A stretch of DNA of 64,000 bases from an uncultured Candidatus Cloacimonadota bacterium (GTDB lineage Bacteria > Cloacimonadota > Cloacimonadia > Cloacimonadales > TCS61), in NCBI GenBank assembly GCA_964433675.1, contig CAYSSJ010000006.1, positions 62,656 to 126,655 on the forward strand, given 5' to 3'. Below the pieces are notes generated by a model that searched no databases, was not told where the DNA came from, and was given only the letters and a program-made list of their open reading frames with translations. The position numbers and the translations under genes are program-made. This document shows positions 1 through 9,966 of the stretch, in pieces; positions within the stretch are counted from its first letter, which is position 1; the number at the start of each line of letters is the position of its first letter.

Positions 1-60
1 ATGATCTTTATACATAGTTGCTCAAAAAGTTTAATTGCATCTTAAAAGTCAAGAGATTTG

Positions 61-363
61 TCACATAGTTTTAAATCCGATATTTTTGTCTTCCGGTTTT
101 CCGGGCAGCTTTATCTCACCGTGTTGCTTTTCGTAGTTAGCGATATTTTTTTCCAATATCTTCATCAACTGCTTGGCATGCTGAGGTGTGGCTATAATCC
201 GACTATAGATCTTTGCTTTGGAGAGACCCGGCACGATTCGACCGCAATCTATCACGAATTCTGAGGTGGAATGGGTAATCATGAAAAAGTTTGCATATAC
301 ACCTTCTCCTACTTGTTCATCCAGGGAAATATTCAACTGTTTTTTTTGTGATTTCTGTTGCAT
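61..363 (-). CDS. DUF3467-like small protein
   Basis: 100-aa ORF. The core 'GVYANFFMITHSTSEFVIDCGR' resembles the DUF3467 family. It lies 4 nt upstream of coaD on the same strand. Confidence 0.55.
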   Translation of the reverse strand: MQQKSQKKQLNISLDEQVGEGVYANFFMITHSTSEFVIDCGRIVPGLSKAKIYSRIIATPQHAKQLMKILEKNIANYEKQHGEIKLPGKPEDKNIGFKTM

Positions 364-367
364 TTTT

Positions 368-856
368 CTACTCCTTTTTAAAATATTTTTGTTTCAAAGC
401 CTGCTCGACCACAGGTGGTAAAAAATCTTGAACTTCTCCACCAAGACTAACTATTTGGCGTATCATAGTCGAGCTGAGATAGAGATATTTATGATCGGGT
501 ACAAAGAAGATCGTATCGATAGAATTTGACAAGGTCTTATTCATCAACGCTTGAGATAGTTCATACTCAAAATCGGAGATAGCTCTCAAACCCCGGATCA
601 TCACAATAGCTCCGATCTCATTGGCGTAATCTACTACTAATCCTTGAAAACTCGTCACCTTTACTTTGGGGATATGCTGAGTGGCTTGCAGGCAAAGTTC
701 GGTTCGCTCTTCAATACTAAAAATCGTTTCTTTGCCTGTATGTTCGGCTACGGCAAGAATGATTTCATCAAAGATATTGGCAGCTTTGAGCAAAATATCG
801 ATATGACCGTAGGTGATGGGATCAAATGTGCCGGGATAAATAGCTTTTCTCATCAA
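368..856 (-). CDS. coaD: phosphopantetheine adenylyltransferase
   Basis: 162 aa. N-terminal 'AIYPGTFDPITYGHIDI' is the nucleotidyltransferase T/HxGH motif, and the size is typical of CoaD. 4-nt overlap with the upstream peptidase gene. Confidence 0.9.
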   Translation of the reverse strand: MMRKAIYPGTFDPITYGHIDILLKAANIFDEIILAVAEHTGKETIFSIEERTELCLQATQHIPKVKVTSFQGLVVDYANEIGAIVMIRGLRAISDFEYELSQALMNKTLSNSIDTIFFVPDHKYLYLSSTMIRQIVSLGGEVQDFLPPVVEQALKQKYFKKE

Positions 857-2103
857 CGCTCCTCTGCCAACGCTTTTTCTCGGATGGCTATCAGTTCATC
901 TATCTCTTTGGGGATATTTTTGCTCAGATTTCGACATCCATTCTCGGTTACTAAAATATCATCTTCTATCCGAACTCCGATGTTCTCTTCAGTGATGTAT
1001 ATTCCCGGTTCTACTGTAATTACGCATCCGGTAGCCAAGGTAGATTCCCTACCGCCCACATCGTGAGCATCCATACCGAGATGATGGCTGACACTATGCA
1101 TATAGTATTCGCGATAATCATCTTTTGTTTCTATCAACTTCAATCTTATCAAAGCTTCTGCTATCATATCGGCTGCTTTACTGTTCAGCTCCGGCAGAGA
1201 AATGCCGGGTTTTACCATTCCTATGATCTCTTTTTGTACCTCCAAGACCTCCTGATATACTGCCTTCTGGCGTGGTGAGAAATCATCCGCTACCGGATAG
1301 GTACGACTGATATCAGCACAGTAATTATTGTAAGCTGCACCAACATCGAGTAAGATCATATCTTCAGCGCTTATTTTACAGTTATTTCTTTCATAATGAA
1401 GTGTGGTAGCATTTTTTCCCGCTGCTACTATCGGCTTGAAACCGATATGGCGCAGACCTTCACTCATAGTCTGATGATACAGTATCGCCTCCAACTCATA
1501 TTCATACATGTCTGCTCTGGTAGATCTCATCATCTTTTCTATCCCATGTCCGGTAACAGAGATCGCTTTCTCGATCTGTTTTATCTCCCACTCATCTTTT
1601 CTCATTCTGAGTGGTGTGATAAGCTGCTCCAGATCTTCCCAAATAATCACGGGATAGCGGTCTCTGAGGGCTGCTACATTTTGCTGGATTCTGCTTAATG
1701 TCTGGCATAATAACCCTTTCTCATAATTTACCGCACATTTTTTTACCGAATGAAAATGATAGTGAAGCCTGGCAGGCAGATCATCCAAATAGCTGATCTT
1801 TTCGATTCCGCTGATCTTTTTCGCCTCGTTCACACCGAGCTTTTTACCGTCCCACACTTCCCGATCGGCATTATTCCTTTCTATAAATACCTCGGCTATG
1901 ACATTCCCGTTCTTTTTTGTCATCACAAACAGAGCAGCGGGAGTCTCCAAGCCGGTCAGATAAAGAAAGTTGTTATCCTGCCTGAAATAGCCGGGATAAT
2001 GCGAATGAATATTGGCATATACCAACACCGCTTCTTTATCATCCAACTGTTCTGCGAGCTTTATCCTTCGCTTTCTCAAAATCTCAGTATCGATCATTTT
2101 CAT
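853..2103 (-). CDS. Xaa-Pro aminopeptidase/dipeptidase (M24B metallopeptidase)
   Basis: 416 aa with pita-bread metal-ligand blocks 'DVGAAYNNYCADISRTYP', 'HSVSHHLGMDAHD', 'VITVEPGIY' and 'GVRIEDDILVT'. Confidence 0.85.
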   Translation of the reverse strand: MKMIDTEILRKRRIKLAEQLDDKEAVLVYANIHSHYPGYFRQDNNFLYLTGLETPAALFVMTKKNGNVIAEVFIERNNADREVWDGKKLGVNEAKKISGIEKISYLDDLPARLHYHFHSVKKCAVNYEKGLLCQTLSRIQQNVAALRDRYPVIIWEDLEQLITPLRMRKDEWEIKQIEKAISVTGHGIEKMMRSTRADMYEYELEAILYHQTMSEGLRHIGFKPIVAAGKNATTLHYERNNCKISAEDMILLDVGAAYNNYCADISRTYPVADDFSPRQKAVYQEVLEVQKEIIGMVKPGISLPELNSKAADMIAEALIRLKLIETKDDYREYYMHSVSHHLGMDAHDVGGRESTLATGCVITVEPGIYITEENIGVRIEDDILVTENGCRNLSKNIPKEIDELIAIREKALAEER

Positions 2104-3329
2104 TCTCCTATTCTCACCTTTCCATATATTCCGTCGAATCCTGGTGGATCAAACCGGAATTTACCTGCTTTCACAGATAAAACGTGGTTGATAGTTTTTG
2201 GGTTAACTCTTTTGTCAAGAAGTTCCTCTATCCTCTTCGCATCAGCAAGCCAAAACTCTATCTCCGAATTGAATAAAGCTACGATCTCTTCATAGATAGC
2301 TAACACTTTTTTACTTTGAACCGAACGAGTTCCCAAAGAATCGGAAATAACTTCTATCAGAGGAATGAGATGATGAAATGGTTTGGGATGATTCTCTATG
2401 ATCTCATCACTGAGTTCCCTACAGCGGGCTTTCACACCTTGATGCATTTTCGCCTTACATACGGGACATATACCCCCATTAGCAGGCTCATCATAGAATA
2501 TCACATTTTCAACATGATCTTTCCTTGCGGCACGATGCCCGGTGAGATAATAACGCCCTTCGGCAGGATGAAACTCTGCGGTGAATTCCACTCGATTCGC
2601 CCTAAGAGCATCTATGATGGCATAGTAGTTCAGCTCAGCGGCTTCGATAACGGTAAACTCACGTCCGATCCTGTTTAATGCACTACTATGACAATCACTG
2701 TTGGAAATCATAGTTTTAGCGGTAAAGTCGGGGATCTTGATCAGCATCTCCGGATCAGCGCTCAGACCGGTTTCGATCATGCGAATATTATCATAGAAAT
2801 TCCCGTAGAACTCTTTGGTGGAAGACAATCCGTTTTTGCTGCCCATGATACCATCCGGTGTCATTACATGAGCCGGAATGATCTCGATATAAGGATCGAT
2901 TTCTTGGATAGAGAATAGTTGCTCTTCCAGTTGGGATTGGGAAGCGCTAACGATGAATGGTCTGCCGATCGTATTTTTCATCTTCCAATTATCGAGTAAT
3001 TTCTGCATTTTCCGCACAGCACTGAAATCGGGAAATAGTAGCACATGATGCGCCATGATCTTATGACGGTAATCCGAAAGCTTGGTAGAAAAGATCACTT
3101 CGGTTTGCAATATGAATCTACTGGTATCGTCCCTCAGTGCAAAGAGTCCCGCTTCTTTTTGACTTAGAGATTCTTTTAGCTCTTCAGTGCGAGTCGGATA
3201 CAGACAATCTCCCGTACCGAAGACATCTATCCCCTTCTTTTTCATAGTTTGAGATACGGCGGTCAGTTCGATCTGCCCCACTCCTCCGGCATATCCGGAA
3301 TGAGAGTGTAGATCCAAGCTCAATCTCAT
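2100..3329 (-). CDS. endonuclease Q-like PHP-domain protein (TIGR00375-type)
   Basis: 409 aa. 'DLHSHSGYAGG', 'GTGD', 'IIPAHVMTP', 'ETGLSADPEM', 'SNSDCHS...IGREFT', 'CPVCKAKMHQGVKARCRELSD' and C-terminal 'IYGKVRIGE' are collinear with archaeal EndoQ as I recall it. Confidence 0.65.
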   Translation of the reverse strand: MRLSLDLHSHSGYAGGVGQIELTAVSQTMKKKGIDVFGTGDCLYPTRTEELKESLSQKEAGLFALRDDTSRFILQTEVIFSTKLSDYRHKIMAHHVLLFPDFSAVRKMQKLLDNWKMKNTIGRPFIVSASQSQLEEQLFSIQEIDPYIEIIPAHVMTPDGIMGSKNGLSSTKEFYGNFYDNIRMIETGLSADPEMLIKIPDFTAKTMISNSDCHSSALNRIGREFTVIEAAELNYYAIIDALRANRVEFTAEFHPAEGRYYLTGHRAARKDHVENVIFYDEPANGGICPVCKAKMHQGVKARCRELSDEIIENHPKPFHHLIPLIEVISDSLGTRSVQSKKVLAIYEEIVALFNSEIEFWLADAKRIEELLDKRVNPKTINHVLSVKAGKFRFDPPGFDGIYGKVRIGE

Positions 3330-3336
3330 CTGTTTA

Positions 3337-6300
3337 TCATCCTATCTCTGCCAAACGTTGCAGAGCTTGCTGACCCCAGTTGCTATCTCTGCCATATTTT
3401 TCTACTATTCGCTCCAGGATACGCCTTGCTTTGTCGAATTCACGGTTCTGGATATAAGCCTCACCGGCACGAAGTTCAGCCGAAGCTGACCAATGAGCGA
3501 ATTCGGGATAAGCATAACTAACTTTCAGAAATTCAGTTACTGCTACTTCATATTCGCTCATTCCATAATAAGATTCACCAATCCAGTACTGCGCCTCCGC
3601 TTTCGTTTCCTTATCATCCAGCATGGTGAGAGCTTGCTGAAACATAGAGACTGCATTTTGATACTGTCTGTCTCGATAATGACAATAGGCAATATCAAAA
3701 ATGGTTTCTGCTTCGATATCGCTATCTCCCCATCGATCGAGGATAAGTTCATAGGCAGCGATCGCTTTTTGCCACTCTTCGATAGTTTTGCAGACGATAG
3801 CGAAATTTTTGGCAGCGTTCAGAGCTAGCTCACCTTCCGTATCGTTCTCTATAACATGATAATAATGATCCAAGGCAGCTTGATAATTTTCTTTGCTGAA
3901 TTGCAAAGTTCCCAATTTTAGATGTGCCTGGTTGATATACTCCTCATCTCCTAGCTGCAAAACTTCGATAAAGTCGGAGATAGCATCATCCGGTTTTTCG
4001 TTTTCTATATACAAAACTCCGCGCCAGAAATAGGCTTGCATCCTGATTTCTTGGGAAGCATCCTTGATCAAACGATCGAAGATGCGCTCAGCTCGTCTGC
4101 TATCTATAGGTTGGTAGTAAATAGCCTCGTGCAAGGCGATCTTATCTTCCGCTCTTTCGCTCAAAACTTTTCTGTATTTCCGCGTCTGACTCTCTGCCTG
4201 CGGTCGGTTTCCTACTTCATACAAGGTAATTATCGTTCTGGTCACCAGTTCTTCTATATCGGGATGCTCTTCAAACTCATTGCCCAATCCATCCAAAACT
4301 GCATTGAAATGTTTCAATGCCTCGGTGTAATTATCCAGCTCGTATTCCACATTTGCAAGGCGCTCGATGTTCTCCGTATCATCCGGCCTCTGATCTAGCA
4401 ACTGCGATAGAGTGTATTGTGCCATAGTAAAATCACCGGTCTCATACTGTAGTCTGCCCAGTTGTTTCAAAGTCTCGTAATCTTTCTCGACAATATGCAT
4501 CAGAGCTTCTTTGGCTTTTTCTTTGTTACCCAAAGTGATATAATCGTCGGCAAGTTGTTTGTAAAAAGCATCATTCCGTCTTTCCTGCGGAATTTGAAGC
4601 TGGTAATGCAGCGCTCTTTCATATTCTCCGTTCTGTCGCAATATACCGGTAAGATAGTTTATGGCTAACTCATAGCCATCGAAATCATCGAGATTATTTA
4701 CCAGAAACGTCAGTCTTTCCAAACCTTCTGCAGTATTTCCTGTTTCGTACAAAACCACAGCAAAATGGAAATAGATCAGCGGATTGGAAAGAGTGATATA
4801 ATCTGCGGCACGCTGATAATATTCGAGCGCCTCTTCATCTTCATCCAAACCATAATAATACTCTGCTACTTCGATCATAGTGTTGTAGTAGGAGAACTCG
4901 TCCAAACCACGCTTGTCGGTTATTTGTTTGCTATAGTCGATAGCAATTTCGGGTTGTTCATTATTCTTGTGATATTGGGAGAGGAGATAGAGAAACTCAT
5001 TTTTTGCATGATGGTCGGGATAATTCCGGACAAAATCATTCATGTTGGATGCGATCTCGGCGGTCATTTCTTTTTCATATTGCAGCCGGTTTCTGATGAG
5101 CAATTCATCATGATAATTATCGGTTTCTATCTGGGAGATCAGCGAACTTACACTCACCAAATGATTATCAGCAACATTCTCCATCCCTTCCAGCTGATTT
5201 TTCTCTGCCAGTCTGAGATGTACCAGTGCTTTCTGGTATCTCTGATGATCAGTAGCGGGATCACCGATCAGTTCCAATGCCTTGTCATATTCTTTCAATC
5301 TGTTTATATAGATGGAAACGATATCATGCCGGATCTGATCTTTATCCTCCTGTTCGAAAAAACCAAATAAGGAGCCCAGTAAATCGGAAAAAGCTTTGTC
5401 ATGTTCCTGCACTTTAAATTTTTGCAGATAGTTATGCTTTGCGATGATGTTATCTTTTAGTTCTTCATCTTTCACCGTATCAACAGATACTCTTTGCAGA
5501 TCGGCAATCGCCTCTTCATAATGTCCCAATTTCTCATTACAAAGTGCGAGTTGGTAGGCAGCTTTGTGCTGAAAATCGAGTTCGGCATGCTGCAGGAAAA
5601 TTTGCTGATAAAAGTTCTTCGCCATCTGATAATTGTTCAGTTTTTCATAGTAGATATTGCCAATTTTGAGCAGCAATTCTTCATCGCGGGCATAGGGTGA
5701 ACCGATCAGAGCCTGATAATCTGTGATAGCGGCACGGAGCAGATTACGCTCCTCTTTGATCTGAGCCAAAAGCATCCTACCCTCAAAGCGAAGTTCATTG
5801 TCCTCCGTCTGTTCCAGCAAGTTTTCGATCAACTGCTGAGATTCATCATAGCTGCCAAGTCTGAACCATGCCAAGGCGACATAATAGTAATACTCATCAT
5901 GCCAAGGACTATCCTGCATCACTCTGGCATACTTTTCCAGATCGGAAGTAACTTCTTCATAAAAACCGATCTCAATCTCACATCTTTTCAACAAAGTTAG
6001 ATATTCGTCCAGATCCTCAGAATGGTCAAATTTTTGCACCATCATTCTGAGCCGCTGCAGCGCTTCGGTATAGACTCCTGTTTCCAAATAGAACTGTACC
6101 AAAAGGTAGGATAACCTCTCTTCGAACTGACGCGGCACTTGCTTAGCTAAAATCTCCTCCAAAGTCGAAATAGCAGCCTCTATTCCGTCATCCTGTTTCT
6201 GTTGTTCGATTTGGAGCTCGATAGCCTGCCAATAAGCATTTGAGCCTTGATGCTCGGAGATAATCGTATTCAGAGTTGCCTTTCCATCTGAGGGGATATT

Positions 6301-6834
6301 ATTGGCAAAATACGCTTTTGCCATCCAAAGCAACACATCGGGCAAAGTACCGGCATTCTGGTAATCTCGCACCAATCTTTTGCCGCTGATGATAACCTGA
6401 TTGTAATCTTCGAGTTCGTAGTAGGAACGCACGATATATTCCAAGGCTGACGTTGCCTGCTCGGAGCGCGGGAATCTTTCTAACAATAAGAGAAAATTAT
6501 CTACCGCTCTTTTGTATTTTGCCTGCAAAAACTGAGACTCTGCCAGATTATATAATGCCCGGCTGGCATATATGCCGCTAGGATAGCCATCCCATAAGCG
6601 CGCATATGCCAACTCTGCTTGTTCATAATTTTCCCTGTTGGTATAACTATTGCCAATAAGCAGGAGTGCATGCTGCGCCTCGGATGATGTGGGAGACTCT
6701 GCCACCACTTTTTCGAATTCCATGATAGCTTCTTCATAGAGCCCGTCATCATACAAGCCTCTTGCAAACTCAAAACTCGCCCACATTGTCAGTGGTATTA
6801 TACTCAGCATTATTGCTATAAATACTACTCTCAT
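3337..6834 (-). CDS. large secreted tetratricopeptide-repeat protein
   Basis: 1165 aa. N-terminal hydrophobic signal-like segment, followed throughout by repeated 34-residue A/Y/L-patterned units ('YEEAIxxFxxVV', 'YxxAxxxYxxL'). Confidence 0.8.
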   Translation of the reverse strand: MRVVFIAIMLSIIPLTMWASFEFARGLYDDGLYEEAIMEFEKVVAESPTSSEAQHALLLIGNSYTNRENYEQAELAYARLWDGYPSGIYASRALYNLAESQFLQAKYKRAVDNFLLLLERFPRSEQATSALEYIVRSYYELEDYNQVIISGKRLVRDYQNAGTLPDVLLWMAKAYFANNIPSDGKATLNTIISEHQGSNAYWQAIELQIEQQKQDDGIEAAISTLEEILAKQVPRQFEERLSYLLVQFYLETGVYTEALQRLRMMVQKFDHSEDLDEYLTLLKRCEIEIGFYEEVTSDLEKYARVMQDSPWHDEYYYYVALAWFRLGSYDESQQLIENLLEQTEDNELRFEGRMLLAQIKEERNLLRAAITDYQALIGSPYARDEELLLKIGNIYYEKLNNYQMAKNFYQQIFLQHAELDFQHKAAYQLALCNEKLGHYEEAIADLQRVSVDTVKDEELKDNIIAKHNYLQKFKVQEHDKAFSDLLGSLFGFFEQEDKDQIRHDIVSIYINRLKEYDKALELIGDPATDHQRYQKALVHLRLAEKNQLEGMENVADNHLVSVSSLISQIETDNYHDELLIRNRLQYEKEMTAEIASNMNDFVRNYPDHHAKNEFLYLLSQYHKNNEQPEIAIDYSKQITDKRGLDEFSYYNTMIEVAEYYYGLDEDEEALEYYQRAADYITLSNPLIYFHFAVVLYETGNTAEGLERLTFLVNNLDDFDGYELAINYLTGILRQNGEYERALHYQLQIPQERRNDAFYKQLADDYITLGNKEKAKEALMHIVEKDYETLKQLGRLQYETGDFTMAQYTLSQLLDQRPDDTENIERLANVEYELDNYTEALKHFNAVLDGLGNEFEEHPDIEELVTRTIITLYEVGNRPQAESQTRKYRKVLSERAEDKIALHEAIYYQPIDSRRAERIFDRLIKDASQEIRMQAYFWRGVLYIENEKPDDAISDFIEVLQLGDEEYINQAHLKLGTLQFSKENYQAALDHYYHVIENDTEGELALNAAKNFAIVCKTIEEWQKAIAAYELILDRWGDSDIEAETIFDIAYCHYRDRQYQNAVSMFQQALTMLDDKETKAEAQYWIGESYYGMSEYEVAVTEFLKVSYAYPEFAHWSASAELRAGEAYIQNREFDKARRILERIVEKYGRDSNWGQQALQRLAEIG

Positions 6835-6918
6835 TTCTTACCTCCATCATAAGCATTCAATAGTTTTGAACACCTGATTATGTGTCAATTAAATCTGTGT
6901 GATCCCTATGGGAAGGTT

Positions 6919-7449
6919 TTACTCCTCAGATTTGGTTATATCACTATTTGCCTGTTCCGGTGGTCGGACGAGATCGCGTAATATCGGACGGAGCAGCCGA
7001 TGAATGATAGCGAGAACTAATACGCCAATTATTACGCCAAGCACGATCCGAAATGAGAAACCGTTTATCACTACCCCAAGGGCTGTACCGGCTGCCGGAG
7101 GATGTTCAGAATTGGTTATCGCCATGGTAAGCATCGCTCCACCGACTGCAAAAGCATACATAAAATCTTGCATAAGGGCAGTTCCGTTGAGAAAGATGGC
7201 AAACAGCGAACCGAATGCCAAGCCGATAATGTGTCCCAAGATCACATTTCTGGTAGAAGCAGTCACACTGCTGGGCATAGCGAATATCGTGAATGCCGTA
7301 GCTGCCAATGAAGCCGCTACCACTAAGTTCTGCTGTCTGAGGGCAATGAGGACCAAAAACACACTGATAGCTGCGAATATACTCTGCAAGACATAACTCG
7401 ACCAGTGAGTACGAAATCGTTTATCGAATACTCGCCGTATCACCTTCAT
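6919..7449 (-). CDS. HPP-family membrane protein
   Basis: 176 aa with 4-5 hydrophobic spans and the eponymous 'SEHPPAAGTALG' motif. Confidence 0.75.
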   Translation of the reverse strand: MKVIRRVFDKRFRTHWSSYVLQSIFAAISVFLVLIALRQQNLVVAASLAATAFTIFAMPSSVTASTRNVILGHIIGLAFGSLFAIFLNGTALMQDFMYAFAVGGAMLTMAITNSEHPPAAGTALGVVINGFSFRIVLGVIIGVLVLAIIHRLLRPILRDLVRPPEQANSDITKSEE

Positions 7450-7596
7450 AAAACCTCGACATCTATATATTGGATTCTAAGAAATAGCTACCGCTCAAAT
7501 TCGTCAAGAGTAATTTCCCGCTTCACAGATTTGAATTGACAGCCAACCGGCACTTTCTGCATATGCACTCTTGTAATAAGGTGAGAAAGGGAAATT

Positions 7597-8421
7597 ATGC
7601 TCTATATATTCTTAAGCATATTGTGCTCGGTGATCATCGGCAATATGCTGCTCTATTTTTCCAAGAATGATAAGAATGATATTCTGCTCATTTTTTTGGG
7701 AAATTACTTCTTCGCTGCCATATTCAGCTTTGTTCAGATAAAACCGGGAACGCTCAGCTTCGGTACTTTCGAGATTGTCTTCGGCTTTATCACCGGCTTT
7801 TTCTTTCTCTACAATTTTTTTGTCTATCAGAAAAATATCGCCTTGAACGGATTATCGCTCAGTGTAGGAATAATGCGCGTATCCGTACTTATCCCTACCT
7901 TCATGTCAGTTATCTTTTTCGACGATTTCATGAGTGTAGTTAATCTTATGGGTATCTTGGTGATCGTGCTGGCATTCTGGCTGATAACCGAGACCAGCAC
8001 GCTGCAAAAATTGATCTGGATTATCTTGCTTTTTTTCGTATCCGGTGCTACGGACTCTACGCTGAAAATATATAACGAACTCGGTCAGCCGGATCAATCT
8101 CCCTTTGTATTCATCCTCTTTAGCTCCGCCTTTATCTGCACTCTCATTTGGGTGGTGAAGACAAAAAGGGCATTTTCGCTTTCATGCATACTCTTCGGAT
8201 TTCTTTTGGGAATTCCCAACCAGCTCTCCACCCGCTTCTTCCTCATGGGACTGGAAACCGTTCCCGCCCCCATAGCTTATCCGCTTACCGCATCCAGTAT
8301 CGTGGTGTTCAGCATATTCAGCGATATTATCTTCTGGAGACGGATGTTCACTATCAAACAGCGCATCGCCCTGGCACTGCTGGTAGCGGGGATCGTGCTT
8401 ATAAACGCCCAAAACGGCTAA
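7597..8421 (+). CDS. polytopic membrane protein (possible DMT/EamA-like transporter)
   Basis: 274 aa with about 9-10 hydrophobic helices. No diagnostic motif recognised. Confidence 0.4.
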   Translation: MLYIFLSILCSVIIGNMLLYFSKNDKNDILLIFLGNYFFAAIFSFVQIKPGTLSFGTFEIVFGFITGFFFLYNFFVYQKNIALNGLSLSVGIMRVSVLIPTFMSVIFFDDFMSVVNLMGILVIVLAFWLITETSTLQKLIWIILLFFVSGATDSTLKIYNELGQPDQSPFVFILFSSAFICTLIWVVKTKRAFSLSCILFGFLLGIPNQLSTRFFLMGLETVPAPIAYPLTASSIVVFSIFSDIIFWRRMFTIKQRIALALLVAGIVLINAQNG

Positions 8422-9125
8422 TATACACTATCTCTTCTATAGCGTGTGCTCCTGTTTTTCCAGCTCTCTACAAAATGGGTATAAACCTGATCGTAGTTGG
8501 TTTTCATCTTCTTCTTTTTGTGAGAGAGTCTGTCCAATGTCTCTATATCTTTTAGTTCTATCTCCAAGTTTTCGTGTAATTTCTCTTTTTTGATGTACTG
8601 CTTCACATTCGGTGGTAGGATATTGTACAATAGAGCATAATCGGCATTATCCAGCTTGAATTCTTTGACCAGAAAATCGATAAATTCTTTTTCTTTGGGA
8701 TGAAACTCTTTATCTGCCACTATCAATAATAGTGAAGTTTCCAAGATCAGCATTTTCTCTTCTCTGGTTTTTATCTTTTTCAAAAGCTCTTTAAGCGGTG
8801 TCGGATTAGCAAATTCTTTTTCTATCTCTTGGATCTGCTCTTCGGTGAATTCTACATTGCCAAAAGCTTTATCAAAAGCCTTACGCTCTTCGGGCAAAAT
8901 CTTGCCGTCCTGCCAAGCAGCGCTGATTATCACCTTGATCGCATTGATCAGATTCGGGGTGAAAACAGGACATACCCTCTGATGCATATCTTCCGCCAAC
9001 ACTTGGTTTGTCTCTCTATCCACCAATTTGCCGACTTTTCTACCATCCTTATCTGTCATGATTGTGAACGAGTATTTTGAGTTAACAAAATATCCATCGA
9101 TACATTTAGCCATTTTTTCCTCCAA
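8418..9125 (-). CDS. TerB-like domain protein
   Basis: 235 aa. 'VIISAAWQDGKILPEERKAFDKAF' and a second 'LLLIVADKEFHPKEKEFIDFLV' match the helical TerB/DjlA-N-like pattern. The real start may be the Met at 9113. Confidence 0.45.
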   Translation of the reverse strand: MEEKMAKCIDGYFVNSKYSFTIMTDKDGRKVGKLVDRETNQVLAEDMHQRVCPVFTPNLINAIKVIISAAWQDGKILPEERKAFDKAFGNVEFTEEQIQEIEKEFANPTPLKELLKKIKTREEKMLILETSLLLIVADKEFHPKEKEFIDFLVKEFKLDNADYALLYNILPPNVKQYIKKEKLHENLEIELKDIETLDRLSHKKKKMKTNYDQVYTHFVESWKNRSTRYRRDSVY

Positions 9126-9392
9126 CTTTTTTTATCATTTCTTCATATAATAACTAATCTTTGACCATGTCAAAACATTATCTAATATATGACGCGAAAA
9201 ATACTCAACCTCAACAGCGGCAAGGTTTCTGATCTCATAGTGAAATCGTTTTTTCAAACTAATATCATTCTCCCGACCCTGCATCATCTCTGCTCCTTTG
9301 CAATTTATTTACTCAATTGCCACTTACAAAATTTTAGTCAAGTAGAAAATATCCCGACAGAAGTTTAGCAGAAAATTACACAGGTCTATCCT

Positions 9393-9428
9393 ATAAAAAA
9401 AAGTCCCGAGGGTGAAGTCGGGACTTTG
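9393..9428 (-). terminator. rho-independent terminator downstream of the four-helix-bundle gene
   Basis: The minus strand reads AGTCCCGA-cttcaccc-TCGGGACT followed by TTTTTTTT (stem 9402-9409 / 9418-9425). Confidence 0.7.
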
Positions 9429-9490
9429 GATTTATTTGGAGGAGACGGTCAGCCGTCAACTGTGTTATAGATTATTATGCTTTGCATAAT

Positions 9491-9539
9491 GGTTAGTGAT
9501 CAATGGTTAATGATCAATTGTTAATGGTTAATTTGGTGG
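9491..9539. repeat. degenerate tandem repeat array, inverted relative to 9887-9966
   Basis: 'ggttagtgatcaatggttaatgatcaattgttaatggttaatttgg'. Its reverse complement gives 'ttaaccatt(a/g)a..a'-type 14-bp units. It overlaps the last codons (LTINN*) of the four-helix-bundle gene. Confidence 0.7.
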
Positions 9540-9876
9540 ATTTTATGATGCTCGTTATTAATTTGATGATTTCAATGGCATCTTGGTTAATTGATTCAAA
9601 TTGCTCTGATGACAGATATTCAGTTTCTTTTAAAAGTTGAAGCCAGTAAATGGTTTCGTTTATTTCTTTTTGAGCGATGGCCATTTTATGTTTGAAATCC
9701 GCCTTGGTTTCAGCATGTTCAGCCTCCCGCACCATAGCGCCAACGCTCGTGCCACATCTCAACAATTGCTTTGAGAGTACAAACTCTTTTTTCTTTTGGC
9801 ACAAATACTGAAAAAGCCGCACGATCCTCACTGCAAAACTAAAACTCTTCTCCTTTACCACATTCTCTTTCACCAC
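9514..9876 (-). CDS. four-helix-bundle protein (23S rRNA intervening-sequence protein family, TIGR02436-like)
   Basis: 120 aa with a GTG start. 'FSFAVRIVRLFQYL...LSKQLLRCGTSVGAMVREAEHAETKADFKHKMAIAQKEINETIYWLQLL' is the characteristic pattern of this family. Confidence 0.8.
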   Translation of the reverse strand: MVKENVVKEKSFSFAVRIVRLFQYLCQKKKEFVLSKQLLRCGTSVGAMVREAEHAETKADFKHKMAIAQKEINETIYWLQLLKETEYLSSEQFESINQDAIEIIKLITSIIKSTKLTINN

Positions 9877-9886
9877 TCACCCCTCA

Positions 9887-9966
9887 TTAACCATTTACAA
9901 TTAACCATTTACAATTTACCATTTACAATTAACCATTCACAATTTACCATTTACAATTAACCAATA
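9887..9966. repeat. 14-bp tandem repeat, about 5.7 copies
   Basis: Units 'ttaaccatttacaa' / 'tttaccatttacaa' / 'ttaaccattcacaa' run head to tail from 9887. The array lies immediately upstream of the four-helix-bundle gene start. Confidence 0.9.

Noticed and set aside
4765-5370. 201-aa plus-strand ORF, and many similar antisense ORFs (e.g. 52058-52756, 20366-20917, 35320-35757, 7004-7396).
   Set aside because: All lie entirely inside, and antisense to, long ORFs with strong family motifs. Their products are low-complexity (I/F/L-rich), typical of shadow frames in AT-rich DNA.
9887-9966. Possible CRISPR array (regular short repeats).
   Set aside because: The 14-bp units are contiguous with no spacers, far shorter than CRISPR repeats, and no cas genes are nearby. 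It is a simple tandem repeat.
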